Assembly (NCBI GenBank): GCA_003221995.1
Contig: QHUR01000034.1
Location: 1-54,599 of the forward strand
Length of the DNA stretch: 54,599 nucleotides
Direction of reading: 5' to 3'
From: Gemmatimonadota bacterium
Lineage (GTDB): Bacteria > Gemmatimonadota > Gemmatimonadetes > Gemmatimonadales > GWC2-71-9
Shown: one piece after another, positions 31,990-40,353 of the stretch
Layout: each line of letters opens with the position of its first letter
Numbering within the stretch: position 1 is the first letter of the stretch
Program-made: the position numbers and the translations under genes
Notes under the pieces: model-generated
Told to the model about the DNA's origin: nothing
Seen by the model: the letters and a program-made list of their open reading frames with translations, nothing else
Database searches by the model: none

Positions 31990-34824
31990 CGGCGTCGCGC
32001 GCGGCGCGCCCAGGCGGCCGCCCGCGCGGGGATCGTGCTGCTGGCGCTGTGCGGGCTCGGCGCGGGCCGGCTCGCCGCCCAGGGCGCGGTCCCCCGCCCC
32101 CGCAGGCCCGTCTCATCCCGGCCCGACACCACCCCGCGGGCGGGTGCGCCGGGGACGGGAGCGCCGCAGGGGCAGTCGCTCGACACCGCGGCCGCCCGCC
32201 GGCTCGGGCTGCCGACCGGTCCCACGCGCAGCTTCCCCCCGAGCGACGCCGTCATGGATTCGCTTCTCAAGCTGAAGGGGTACCGGGTCACGCAATACGT
32301 CGCCGACACGCTCGTCGTCCAGGGCGACAGCCAGACGATCTTCCTCCGCGGGGAAAGCTTCGTGGACCGCCAAGGCACGAAGCTCGAGGCGGATTCGATC
32401 CGCTATCGCGACGCGAGCTGCCGCCTCGACGCCGCCGGCGACCCGCGGCTGTTCGATCAGGGAACCGTGCTGGTGGGGGAGGGGATGCGCTACGACACCT
32501 GCATCCGGCGGGGGACGGTCCGCAGCGCGCTCACCACGTTCCAGCAGGGCGGCGCCACCTGGTACACGCGGGGCGATCTCGCCGTGGACTCGGGCTCCAC
32601 CAGGGTGTACGGCGCCTCCAGCGAGATCACGTCCTCGGATCTCCCCATGCCCGACTACCACTTCGCCGCGCACGAGGTGAAGTGGCTCAACAAGAACGTC
32701 ATGGTGGCGCGGCCCGCCGTGCTGTATATCCGCGATGTCCCGATTCTCTGGCTGCCGTTCATCTTTCAGGACATCCGGCCCGGGCGGCGCAGCGGCATTC
32801 TGGTGCCGCGCTTCGGGCTGAACGACCTGGTGCGGCCGACCCGCAGCTACCAGCGGCACGTCGCGAACCTCGGCTACTACTGGGTACTCGGCAATTACGC
32901 GGACCTGCTGCTCTCGGGCGACTGGTACGCGAGCCGCTACGTGTCGCTCCGCGCGCAAACGCACTACCGCTGGCTGGATCGCTTTCTCTCCGGCTCGTTC
33001 TCATACTCCCGGGTGGACCAGCTCGACGCCGCCGCACATTCGAGCCGCTTCGGGTGGCAGCACCAGCAGAGCTTCTCGAGTCGGACGCGCTTCAATGCGA
33101 GCATCGATTACGCGACGAGCGCCAGCGTCATTCAGACCAACGCCGTGGATCCCTACGTCGCGACCGCGCAGCTCACCTCGCAGGTGAACTTCGACAAGCG
33201 GTTCGATTGGGGCACCCTCAACGTCGGTGGCAGCCGCTCGCAGAACCTGGCCAACGATCTCGTCAACCAGAACTTCCCGCGTCTGAGCCTCACGCCGTCT
33301 CCCGTGAACATCACGCCGTCGATCACGTGGTCGCCGGGGTTCTCGTTCAACAACGCCCAGAACTTCCATGTGGGGCCGACGTTCCTGCTCGCCCCCGGCA
33401 CGGGCGGGGCAGGGGTGGACACACTGCGGATCTTCTCCGACACCCGGCAGACGGACCTCAGCCTGCAAACACCGCTCCGGGTCGGTCGCTGGACGTGGTC
33501 GAACAGCGTCAGCGTGAGCGACCAGATCAGCAACGCCCGTCAGGAGTTCTTGATCCCGGACTCCACCGTGCCGGGCGGGGTGCGGCACCTGCTCTATGGC
33601 CAGACGTTCGCGACCGCGATCGACTGGCAAACCGGGATCAACCTGCCGCCGTTGTTCACCGGGACGTGGAAGCTGCAACCCGGCGTCTCGGTCGTGAACA
33701 CGACGTCCGCCGGTCCCTTCATGATCCGCAACCAATTCTCGGACGGTCGCTTCGTGCGCCAGGGGAAGCGACTGCAGTTCGCCGCCAGCATGTCGCCCAC
33801 GTTCTTCGGGTTCTTTCCGGGCATCGGGCCGCTCGAGCGGATTCGGCACTCGCTGTCGCCGCTCATCAGCTACCGCTACGCCCCCGGCGCGCAGGTCTCC
33901 GCCGAGTTCGCCCGGGTGCTCGACCCGACGGGCCAGACCCTGAACGCCCGCACCGATCCCCAACAGACTATCAGCGTCGGCCTGTCCCAGAACATCGAGG
34001 CGAAGCTGCGCCGCTCCGCGCGCGATACGTCGGCGCAGGCAACGGCGCGCAAGATCCGCCTGCTCGGCATCAACACCGACGCCGTGTCCTACAACTTCGA
34101 GCAGGCGAAGCAGCCAGGGCGGACGGGGTGGCAGACGCAGAGCATCGGCAATACGTTCGCGTCGGACTTGCTCCCCGGCTTCAGCCTGCGCACCACCCAC
34201 GACCTGTGGGACGGCCCGGTGGGCCTGGCGACGTCGGAGTTCTCGCCGTTCCTCACGAGCCTCACCGCGTCGTTCTCCGTGAGCCCGGCGACGATTCGCG
34301 GGATCGCGAGACTCTTCGGCCTCGCGAAGCAAGGGGAGCCGTCCGCGACGCCGCCCGCAACCGGCTCGGGCACGCCGCCGCCACCCCCCGCGTACGGGCA
34401 GAGCTGCCCTCCGGTTTGCTCGGGCGCGGCTGGCGGGTACCGACCGGGCCGCGCCGGCGGGGGCGGACGGGGATTCGGGCTCGCCGTGGGGTACACGAGC
34501 AGCCGCACGCGCCCTCCCAAGGTCACCACCCCTGGCACCGGCGCGTTTCTGCCGAGCGCCCTGGCCAGCCAGCGGCAGGCCACGCTCAACATGAACTTCA
34601 GCCCCACCGCCCTCTGGACCGCGTCCTGGAGCACGCTGTACGACCTGAATACGCGCCAGTTCGGCCAGCACTACGTGCGACTCGAGCGGGACCTGCGCCG
34701 CTGGCACGCCAGCTTCGCCTTCGTCAAGAGCCCGAACGGCAACTTCGCGTTCAACTTCTACGTCGCTCTGATCGACCAGCCCGATATCAAGTTCGATTAC
34801 GAGCAGCAGAGCCTGCAGCGCTGA
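31267..34824 (+). CDS. Single uninterrupted 1185-codon ORF: TatC translocase domain fused in frame to an LptD/OstA-like outer-membrane protein
   Basis: I read no stop codon in this frame across the junction (31981-32100 checked codon by codon). The TatC part and LptD-like part are itemised below. The start may be GTG 31267 or ATG 31294. Confidence 0.6.
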   Translation: MPDPAPRGEMPFLDHLEELRWRILKSLLVIVVATLVGWFIVQSVDVIAVLKRPIAPLLPGGRLVFTSPTEPFLITLKFAFVVGLLFASPFVIYQAWAFLAPALYDRERRVIVPALSVGVVLFLLGAGVAYEWVLPRALAVLFSFQRSDLAPIITADNYFGFAAQIMIAFGLVTELPLVVVILAALGLVTPQFLAHNRRYALVIAALAAALLTPPDAVSMLLMMVPLVLLYEVSIWCAWVVTRRRARRAQAAARAGIVLLALCGLGAGRLAAQGAVPRPRRPVSSRPDTTPRAGAPGTGAPQGQSLDTAAARRLGLPTGPTRSFPPSDAVMDSLLKLKGYRVTQYVADTLVVQGDSQTIFLRGESFVDRQGTKLEADSIRYRDASCRLDAAGDPRLFDQGTVLVGEGMRYDTCIRRGTVRSALTTFQQGGATWYTRGDLAVDSGSTRVYGASSEITSSDLPMPDYHFAAHEVKWLNKNVMVARPAVLYIRDVPILWLPFIFQDIRPGRRSGILVPRFGLNDLVRPTRSYQRHVANLGYYWVLGNYADLLLSGDWYASRYVSLRAQTHYRWLDRFLSGSFSYSRVDQLDAAAHSSRFGWQHQQSFSSRTRFNASIDYATSASVIQTNAVDPYVATAQLTSQVNFDKRFDWGTLNVGGSRSQNLANDLVNQNFPRLSLTPSPVNITPSITWSPGFSFNNAQNFHVGPTFLLAPGTGGAGVDTLRIFSDTRQTDLSLQTPLRVGRWTWSNSVSVSDQISNARQEFLIPDSTVPGGVRHLLYGQTFATAIDWQTGINLPPLFTGTWKLQPGVSVVNTTSAGPFMIRNQFSDGRFVRQGKRLQFAASMSPTFFGFFPGIGPLERIRHSLSPLISYRYAPGAQVSAEFARVLDPTGQTLNARTDPQQTISVGLSQNIEAKLRRSARDTSAQATARKIRLLGINTDAVSYNFEQAKQPGRTGWQTQSIGNTFASDLLPGFSLRTTHDLWDGPVGLATSEFSPFLTSLTASFSVSPATIRGIARLFGLAKQGEPSATPPATGSGTPPPPPAYGQSCPPVCSGAAGGYRPGRAGGGGRGFGLAVGYTSSRTRPPKVTTPGTGAFLPSALASQRQATLNMNFSPTALWTASWSTLYDLNTRQFGQHYVRLERDLRRWHASFAFVKSPNGNFAFNFYVALIDQPDIKFDYEQQSLQR
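32083..34824 (+). other. LptD/OstA-like domain (N-terminal OstA-like jellyroll plus large beta-barrel region)
   Basis: This region is preceded by 'RRRARRAQAAARAGIVLLALCGLGAGRLAAQ/GA', which is signal-peptide-like. It contains 'VVQGDSQTIFLRGESFVDRQGTKLEADSIRYRDASCRLDAAGDPRLF', 'DYHFAAHEVKWLNKNVMVARPAVLYIRDVPILWLPFIF' and 'VANLGYYWVLGNYADLLLSGDWY', with alternating beta-strand patterns through to the end. Confidence 0.55.
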
Positions 34825-34958
34825 CGAGTGGCGGTTGTCCTCTGGGTGTGACACGGGCAGAGGTGTGCGCCGGCGTAAGCGGCGCCGCTCGCACGACTTG
34901 CCTGCAGGCACGGCGCCTGCTTAACGCTCCGCCCGAACCCTTCGTCCATGAGGATGGC

Positions 34959-35849
34959 ATGCGCCTTCGCTCGCGATACGCCTTGTTGGCGGCCGCCGGA
35001 CTGCTGAGCTTCGGCTGCCAGACCACGACGACGCCCGTCGGCACCACGCAGCCCCTGCCTGCGCCAAACGACTTGCGGTCGATCTCCCTGAACGAGGCGA
35101 TCTTCCTCGAGTGGACTGACAACGCCGCCCTGTCGGATCCCGGGCGGTTTGCGTGGTACCGCGTCTACAGCGCGAGCTACGATCTCGGCCAGGGGCTGTG
35201 TGGCACCGACTGGGTGATTGAAGGCACCACGATCTCGAACGAGTTTCTCGTTGCCTTGCTCACCAACGGCGTGCCGCGCTGCTACGCGACCTCCGCGATC
35301 AGTAGCGAAGGCCTGGAGAGCGCGTGGTCTCCGCCATGGCAGGACACGCCGCGGCCCGATGCTCGGAACGTCCTCGTATACACGAACGCGGAGAATCTCG
35401 CGCAGTCGGGCTTCCGATTCTGGGTGGACGCCAACAACGACGGCGTGGCACAACCCACCGAGCTCGGCATCGTCACCAGCGGCAGCGATCCTGACAACGA
35501 CGTCCGGATTGACCTCAATCCGGCCGACTCCTCGCTGTGGATCGTCCCGGTGTTCGCGGGGACAAGCGTGCAGCTGTACAGCTCCGAGCCGATCGCTGAC
35601 CTCACCTCCATCGACGCTGCTGCGGCGAGCGGCTACGCGCGCGACCCCCTCCTGGCGCAGCCCGGCTTCGGGTACGTGTTCGAGATCGTCGAAGGCTTGG
35701 TGAAGCGCTACGCCGGGTTGCGTGTGACGCACGTGGGCCGGCAGTATCTGATCTTCGATTTCAGCGTGCAGACGGATCCGGGGAACCTGGAGCTGGCGCC
35801 GCCCAGGGGCCCGACGCTCACCGGGAAGCAGGTGGCAGGGTCGAGGTAG
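34959..35849 (+). CDS. Hypothetical lipoprotein with an FN3-like N-terminal domain
   Basis: An internal ATG at 34959 gives the lipobox 'MRLRSRYALLAAAGLLSFGC'. The FN3-like stretch is 'PNDLRSISLNEAIFLEWTDNA...FAWYRVYSAS'. The long upstream part of ORF 31659..35849 is an off-frame shadow of the LptD-like gene. Confidence 0.55.
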   Translation: MRLRSRYALLAAAGLLSFGCQTTTTPVGTTQPLPAPNDLRSISLNEAIFLEWTDNAALSDPGRFAWYRVYSASYDLGQGLCGTDWVIEGTTISNEFLVALLTNGVPRCYATSAISSEGLESAWSPPWQDTPRPDARNVLVYTNAENLAQSGFRFWVDANNDGVAQPTELGIVTSGSDPDNDVRIDLNPADSSLWIVPVFAGTSVQLYSSEPIADLTSIDAAAASGYARDPLLAQPGFGYVFEIVEGLVKRYAGLRVTHVGRQYLIFDFSVQTDPGNLELAPPRGPTLTGKQVAGSR

Positions 35850-35890
35850 ACGCCGAGACGCTGAGACGCTGGCGTCTGCCTTGGCGTCTC
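35847..35890. repeat. Intergenic tandem 8-mer array abutting its inverted copies (hairpin-forming) between the lipoprotein gene and hutH
   Basis: The direct units are TAGACGCC GAGACGCT GAGACGCT (35847-35870; the first includes the TAG stop). They are followed directly by GGCGTCTG (35871-35878), CCTT, then GGCGTCTC (35883-35890). Confidence 0.85.
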
Positions 35891-35918
35891 CGTGCTGTTC
35901 CACGTAGCTTCCTCTCGC

Positions 35919-37403
35919 ATGCCGGTCCCTGTCACACTCGACGGACACTCCCTGACGATCGCCGACGTCGTGGCGGTGGCGCGCCACGGGGCCCCGGTGG
36001 CGATCGCGGCCGCGGCGCGGAAGGGGATCGAGGCATCGCGCCGCGTAGTGGAGGAAGCGGTGACCCGTGGGGACACGATCTACGGGGTGAACACGGGCTT
36101 CGGGAAGCTCGCGCACGTGCGCATCCCTCCGGACCGCATCCGCGCGCTGCAGCTCAACCTCATCCGCAGCCACGCGTCGGGGGTGGGCGAGCCGCTGTCC
36201 GTGGACGCCGTGCGCGCGATGATGCTGCTGCGCGCCAACGTGCTCGTGCGGGGGACGAGCGGAGTGCGGCCCGCGCTCCCGGAGCTCATCGTGGCGATGC
36301 TGAACCGGGGCCTGCATCCCCGCGTGCCGTCGCAGGGGAGCGTGGGGGCGTCGGGCGACCTGGCGCCGCTCGCGCATCTGGCGCTGGCGATGGTGGGGGA
36401 AGGCGAAGACGGGCAGGCGCTGCGCGACCGGGGCCTCGAGCCGATCGCGCTCGAGGCGAAGGAAGGGCTCGCGTTCGTGAACGGGACGCAGGCGCAGACC
36501 GGACTGGCCGCCTTGCTGGTGCACGACGCGTGGGTGCTGTGGCGCACGGCGCACGGCGCGGCGGCCATGAGCCTCGAGGCCGTGCGCGGCACGCCCGAAC
36601 CATTTGACGTCCGGGTGCACGACGCCCGCCCCCACCCGCACCAGCGGCGCTCCGCCGAGCTCTTGCGCGAGCTCCTCGCCGACAGCGAGATCCGTGAGTC
36701 CCACCGCGAGAACGACCCGCGGGTGCAGGACGCCTACTCGCTGCGCTGCACGCCGCAGGTGCTCGGCGCGGTGGGCGAGGCGCTCGCCTTCGCGGAGCGG
36801 TTGGTGAGCGTGGAGCTGAACGCCGCCACCGACAACCCCCTCGTGTTCGGGCGGGACGTGCTGTCCGGCGGCAATTTCCATGGTCAGCCGATCGCCCTCG
36901 TGCTCGACGTGCTCGCCATCGGGCTCACCACGCTCGCGGGGCTGGCCGAGCGCCGGCTCGAGCGCATCGTGAACCCCGACCTCTCCGCGGGGTTGCCGCC
37001 GTTTCTCGCGCGAGAGCCCGGCGTCGAGTCCGGGTTCATGACGTCGCAGATCACCGCCGCGGCGCTCGTCGCCGACTGTCGGGTGCTCGCCACGCCGGCG
37101 AGCGTGCAGTCGGTCCCCACGGAGGGGAACCAGGAGGACGTGGTGCCGATGGGGATGAGCGCTGCCTGGAAGGCCCAGCGCATCGTCGCGAATGCCGCGC
37201 GCATCGTGGCGATCGAGCTGCTCGCCGGGGCGCAGGGGCTCGAGTACCTGAAGCCGCTGCGGCCCGGGCGCGGCGTGGCCCGCATGCACGCCGCCGTGCG
37301 CCGCGAGGTGGCGGCGCTGGACGGCGATCGCCCGCTCACGGCCGACATCGAGCGCATCGCCGGCGGCGTGCACGCCGGCCGGTTCGATCCGGAGGCGTCG
37401 TGA
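35919..37403 (+). CDS. hutH: Histidine ammonia-lyase
   Basis: The MIO-forming motif '[14 protein letters not shown]' is present, with '[11 protein letters not shown]' and 'NPLVF...GGNFHGQP'. I prefer the ATG at 35919 over the GTG at 35892. Confidence 0.9.
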   Translation: MPVPVTLDGHSLTIADVVAVARHGAPVAIAAAARKGIEASRRVVEEAVTRGDTIYGVNTGFGKLAHVRIPPDRIRALQLNLIRSHASGVGEPLSVDAVRAMMLLRANVLVRGTSGVRPALPELIVAMLNRGLHPRVPSQGSVGASGDLAPLAHLALAMVGEGEDGQALRDRGLEPIALEAKEGLAFVNGTQAQTGLAALLVHDAWVLWRTAHGAAAMSLEAVRGTPEPFDVRVHDARPHPHQRRSAELLRELLADSEIRESHRENDPRVQDAYSLRCTPQVLGAVGEALAFAERLVSVELNAATDNPLVFGRDVLSGGNFHGQPIALVLDVLAIGLTTLAGLAERRLERIVNPDLSAGLPPFLAREPGVESGFMTSQITAAALVADCRVLATPASVQSVPTEGNQEDVVPMGMSAAWKAQRIVANAARIVAIELLAGAQGLEYLKPLRPGRGVARMHAAVRREVAALDGDRPLTADIERIAGGVHAGRFDPEAS

Positions 37404-39079
37404 CGGGCGCTCGGGTGATCCGCGCGCCGCGGGGACCGACTCGAACGTGCCGGGGGTGGGTCCAGGAGGCGGCGCTCCGCATGCTGATGAACAACCTCGA
37501 TCCCGAGGTGGCGGAGCGGCCGCAAGACCTCGTGGTCTACGGTGGCACGGGGAAGGCGGCGCGCGACTGGCCGTCGTTCGACGCGATCTGCCGCACGCTC
37601 GTCGCGCTCGAGGACGACGAGACGCTGGTGGTGCAGTCCGGGAAGCCGGTCGGGGTGTTCCGGACGCACGCCGAGGCCCCGCGGGTGCTGATCGCGAACG
37701 CGAACCTCGTGGGGCGCTGGGCGAGCTGGGAGGTGTTTCGCGAGCTGGAGCGGCGCGGCCTCACCATGTTCGGCCAAATGACGGCCGGGTCGTGGATCTA
37801 CATCGGGACGCAAGGGATCCTGCAGGGCACGTACGAGACGCTCGGCGCGGTCGCGCGGCGCCATTGCGGCGGCTCGCTGAAGGGCCGCCTCGTGCTGACG
37901 GGCGGGCTCGGCGGCATGGGCGGGGCGCAGCCGTTGGCCGCGACGATGCACGGGGGGGTGTGCCTCGCCGTGGAGGTGGACCCCGCGCGCGTGCAGCGAC
38001 GCCGCGACACGCGCTACCTCGACCGTAGCACCGCGTCGCTCGACGAAGCGCTGCGGTGGTGTGAGGCGGCGCGGCGCGACGGGGAAGCGCTCTCCGTCGG
38101 GCTCGTCGGCAACTGCGCCGAGGTGCTGCCCGAGCTCGCGCGGCGCCGCTTCGTCCCCGACGTCCTCACCGACCAGACGTCCGCGCACGACCCGCTGAAC
38201 GGCTACGTCCCCGCGGGTTGCTCGCTCGAGCAGGCGGCCGCGCTGCGGCACGCGGAGCCGGCGGAGTACGTGCGGCGCGCGACGGCGAGCATCGTGACCC
38301 ACGTGCGCGCCATGCTGGAGATGAAGCGGCAGGGCGCCGTCACGTTCGATTACGGCAACAACATCCGCACTCAGGCCGCCGACGCCGGGCTCGAGCAGGC
38401 GTTCGAGATCCCGGGATTCGTACCCGAGTACATCCGGCCGCTGTTCTGCGAGGGGAGGGGGCCTTTCCGCTGGGTCGCGCTGTCGGGCGAGGCGCGGGAC
38501 CTGCAGCGCACCGACCGGCTGGCGCTGGAGCTGTTCCCGGAGAACGACCACCTGCGCCGCTGGATCGCGCTGGCGCAGGCTCGCGTAGCGTTCCAGGGCC
38601 TGCCGGCGCGCATCTGTTGGCTGGGCCAGGGAGAGCGGGCGCGCTTCGGCTGCGCGTTGAACGATCTGGTGCAGCGGGGCGAGCTCGCGGCGCCCATCGT
38701 GATCGGTCGCGACCATCTCGACACCGGCTCCGTCGCGTCGCCGTTCCGCGAGACGGAGGGCATGCGCGACGGCTCGGACGCGATCGCCGACTGGCCGATC
38801 TTGAACGCGCTCCTCAACACGGCGTCGGGCGCGGCGTGGGTGTCCTTCCATCACGGCGGCGGCACGGGCATCGGCAACTCGCTGCATGCGGGGCAGGTGA
38901 GCGTCGCCGACGGCACGCCGTCGGCGGGGCGGCGGCTGGAACGCGTGCTCACGAACGACCCGGGGCTCGGCATCGCGCGCCACGCGGACGCCGGGTACCC
39001 CGAGGCGCTCGACGCCGCCCGCCGCCACGGCATTCGGCTCCCCATGCGCGCGGAGTCCTTTAGGGAGACGAGCGACTGA
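37400..39079 (+). CDS. hutU: Urocanate hydratase
   Basis: The 559-aa product carries '[39 protein letters not shown]', '[21 protein letters not shown]' and '[13 protein letters not shown]'. Confidence 0.9.
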   Translation: MTGARVIRAPRGPTRTCRGWVQEAALRMLMNNLDPEVAERPQDLVVYGGTGKAARDWPSFDAICRTLVALEDDETLVVQSGKPVGVFRTHAEAPRVLIANANLVGRWASWEVFRELERRGLTMFGQMTAGSWIYIGTQGILQGTYETLGAVARRHCGGSLKGRLVLTGGLGGMGGAQPLAATMHGGVCLAVEVDPARVQRRRDTRYLDRSTASLDEALRWCEAARRDGEALSVGLVGNCAEVLPELARRRFVPDVLTDQTSAHDPLNGYVPAGCSLEQAAALRHAEPAEYVRRATASIVTHVRAMLEMKRQGAVTFDYGNNIRTQAADAGLEQAFEIPGFVPEYIRPLFCEGRGPFRWVALSGEARDLQRTDRLALELFPENDHLRRWIALAQARVAFQGLPARICWLGQGERARFGCALNDLVQRGELAAPIVIGRDHLDTGSVASPFRETEGMRDGSDAIADWPILNALLNTASGAAWVSFHHGGGTGIGNSLHAGQVSVADGTPSAGRRLERVLTNDPGLGIARHADAGYPEALDAARRHGIRLPMRAESFRETSD

Positions 39080-39150
39080 GCACGCTGCTCGCCGGCGCGC
39101 GCCAGGTCGTCACCTGCCGCGGCCCCGCGCGCGGGCGGCGCGGGCGCGAG

Positions 39151-40353
39151 ATGGCGGAGGTCGAGGTGCTGCGCGACGCCGCCGTCGTGGTCGAGGGCAC
39201 GAGGATCGCCGCGGTGGGGGCCTACCGTGAGCTGCGCGCCGCGCACCCGGGGGCGGAGCTCGCAGAGGTGCACGGCGTCCTCTACCCCGGCTTCGTCGAT
39301 TGCCACACCCACGCCGTGTTCGGCGCGCCGCGACTCGACGACCACGAGCGGCGCGCTCTGGGCGAAGACTACAAGGCCATCGCCGCGCAGGGAGGCGGCA
39401 TCCTCCAGTCGGTCGCCGATGTGCGCGCGCGCCCCCCGGCCGAGCTGGTCACGCTCACACGGGAGCGCGTGGCGACCCTCCTCGCCCACGGCAGCACCAC
39501 GATCGAGGTGAAGTCGGGGTACGGCCTCGAGCTCGAGGCCGAGTTGAAGCAGCTGCGCGTCATCCGGGAAGTCGCGGCCTCCGTTCCGGCGACGCTCGTG
39601 CCGACGTTCCTCGGCGCTCACGAGGTACCGCCCGAATTCCGCAATCGGCGCGCGGACTACGTGCGCCTCGTGTGCGAGGAGATGATTCCCGTCGTGGCCC
39701 GAGAGCGACTCGCCGTGGCCTGCGATGTGTTCTGCGAGCCGGGCGTCTTCAGCGTCGCCGAGGCGCGGACGGTCCTCACCGCGGCCAGGCGCCACGGACT
39801 GGCGGTCAAGCTGCACGCCGACGAGCTCGACGGCTCGGGGGGCGCCGAGCTGGCGGTGGAGGTGGGGGCCGTGAGCGCCGACCACCTCGTGGCGGTGTCG
39901 GACGCGGGCGTCCGCGCGCTCGCGCACGGCGGCACGGTGGCGGTCCTGCTCCCCGCGACTCTGGTGTTCCTGGGCCGGCGCCGACCCGCGCCGGCGCGGC
40001 GGCTGGTGGAGCAAGGCGCGGCGGTCGCGCTCGCGACCGACTTCAATCCCGGCTCGTCACCGACGGTGAGCCTGCCCCTGGTCGCGGCGCTCGGCGTCTC
40101 GCAGCTCGGCCTGCGTCACACCGAGGCGTTGACGGCGATCACCGTCAACGCCGCGGCCGCGCTGGGGCTGGCGGGGGAACGGGGGCAGATCGCCGTGGGA
40201 TTCGCCGCCGACCTCGTCGCGTGCGACGTCTCGGATTGGCGGGAGGTTGCGTATTGGTTGGGACCGAATCGCGTAAGCGCCGTCTGGACAGCGGGTTCTG
40301 CTTGTTTCGTCCCACGGGGCCCGATATCTTTAGGGCCTCATGTCGAAGCTTGA
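39151..40353 (+). CDS. hutI: Imidazolonepropionase (the listed start is the first canonical ATG; the true start is probably upstream, see findings)
   Basis: The product carries 'YPGFVDCHTHAVFG', 'EVKSGYGL' and 'LHADEL...ADHL'. Homology appears to extend upstream of 39151. Confidence 0.85.
   Translation: MAEVEVLRDAAVVVEGTRIAAVGAYRELRAAHPGAELAEVHGVLYPGFVDCHTHAVFGAPRLDDHERRALGEDYKAIAAQGGGILQSVADVRARPPAELVTLTRERVATLLAHGSTTIEVKSGYGLELEAELKQLRVIREVAASVPATLVPTFLGAHEVPPEFRNRRADYVRLVCEEMIPVVARERLAVACDVFCEPGVFSVAEARTVLTAARRHGLAVKLHADELDGSGGAELAVEVGAVSADHLVAVSDAGVRALAHGGTVAVLLPATLVFLGRRRPAPARRLVEQGAAVALATDFNPGSSPTVSLPLVAALGVSQLGLRHTEALTAITVNAAAALGLAGERGQIAVGFAADLVACDVSDWREVAYWLGPNRVSAVWTAGSACFVPRGPISLGPHVEA

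Noticed and set aside
31659-34958. The first roughly 1100 codons of the 1396-aa + strand ORF 31659..35849 overlap the TatC/LptD-like ORF in another frame.
   Set aside because: The composition is Arg/Pro/Gly/Ala-rich with no motifs. Only the last 296 codons, from the ATG at 34959 with a lipobox, look like a real protein. Long 5' extensions of ORFs 3958..5856, 9160..10209, 16658..20137, 26539..27702, 29506..30438 and 43928..44629 were trimmed in the same way to internal starts that abut the upstream stop.
34825-34958. There are small hairpins in the gap after the LptD-like ORF: CCTCTG...CAGAGG at about 34840-34865 and GCAGGC-ACGGC-GCCTGC at about 34903-34920.
   Set aside because: The stems are only 6 bp, there is no following U-tract, and such stems are common by chance in GC-rich DNA. 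This is not strong enough to annotate as a terminator.
29354-39028. Other long antisense ORFs were seen: 29354..31216, 33001..34911, 34797..37373 (858 aa) and 36884..39028 (714 aa). Similar ones occur at 10748..13348, 22099..25538, 41168..42685 and 51468..52910.
   Set aside because: The reasoning is the same. Each has low-complexity Arg/Pro/Gly composition and lies opposite a gene with strong family motifs (tolB/pal/cpoB, LptD-like, hutH/hutU, secA, hemA, accC).
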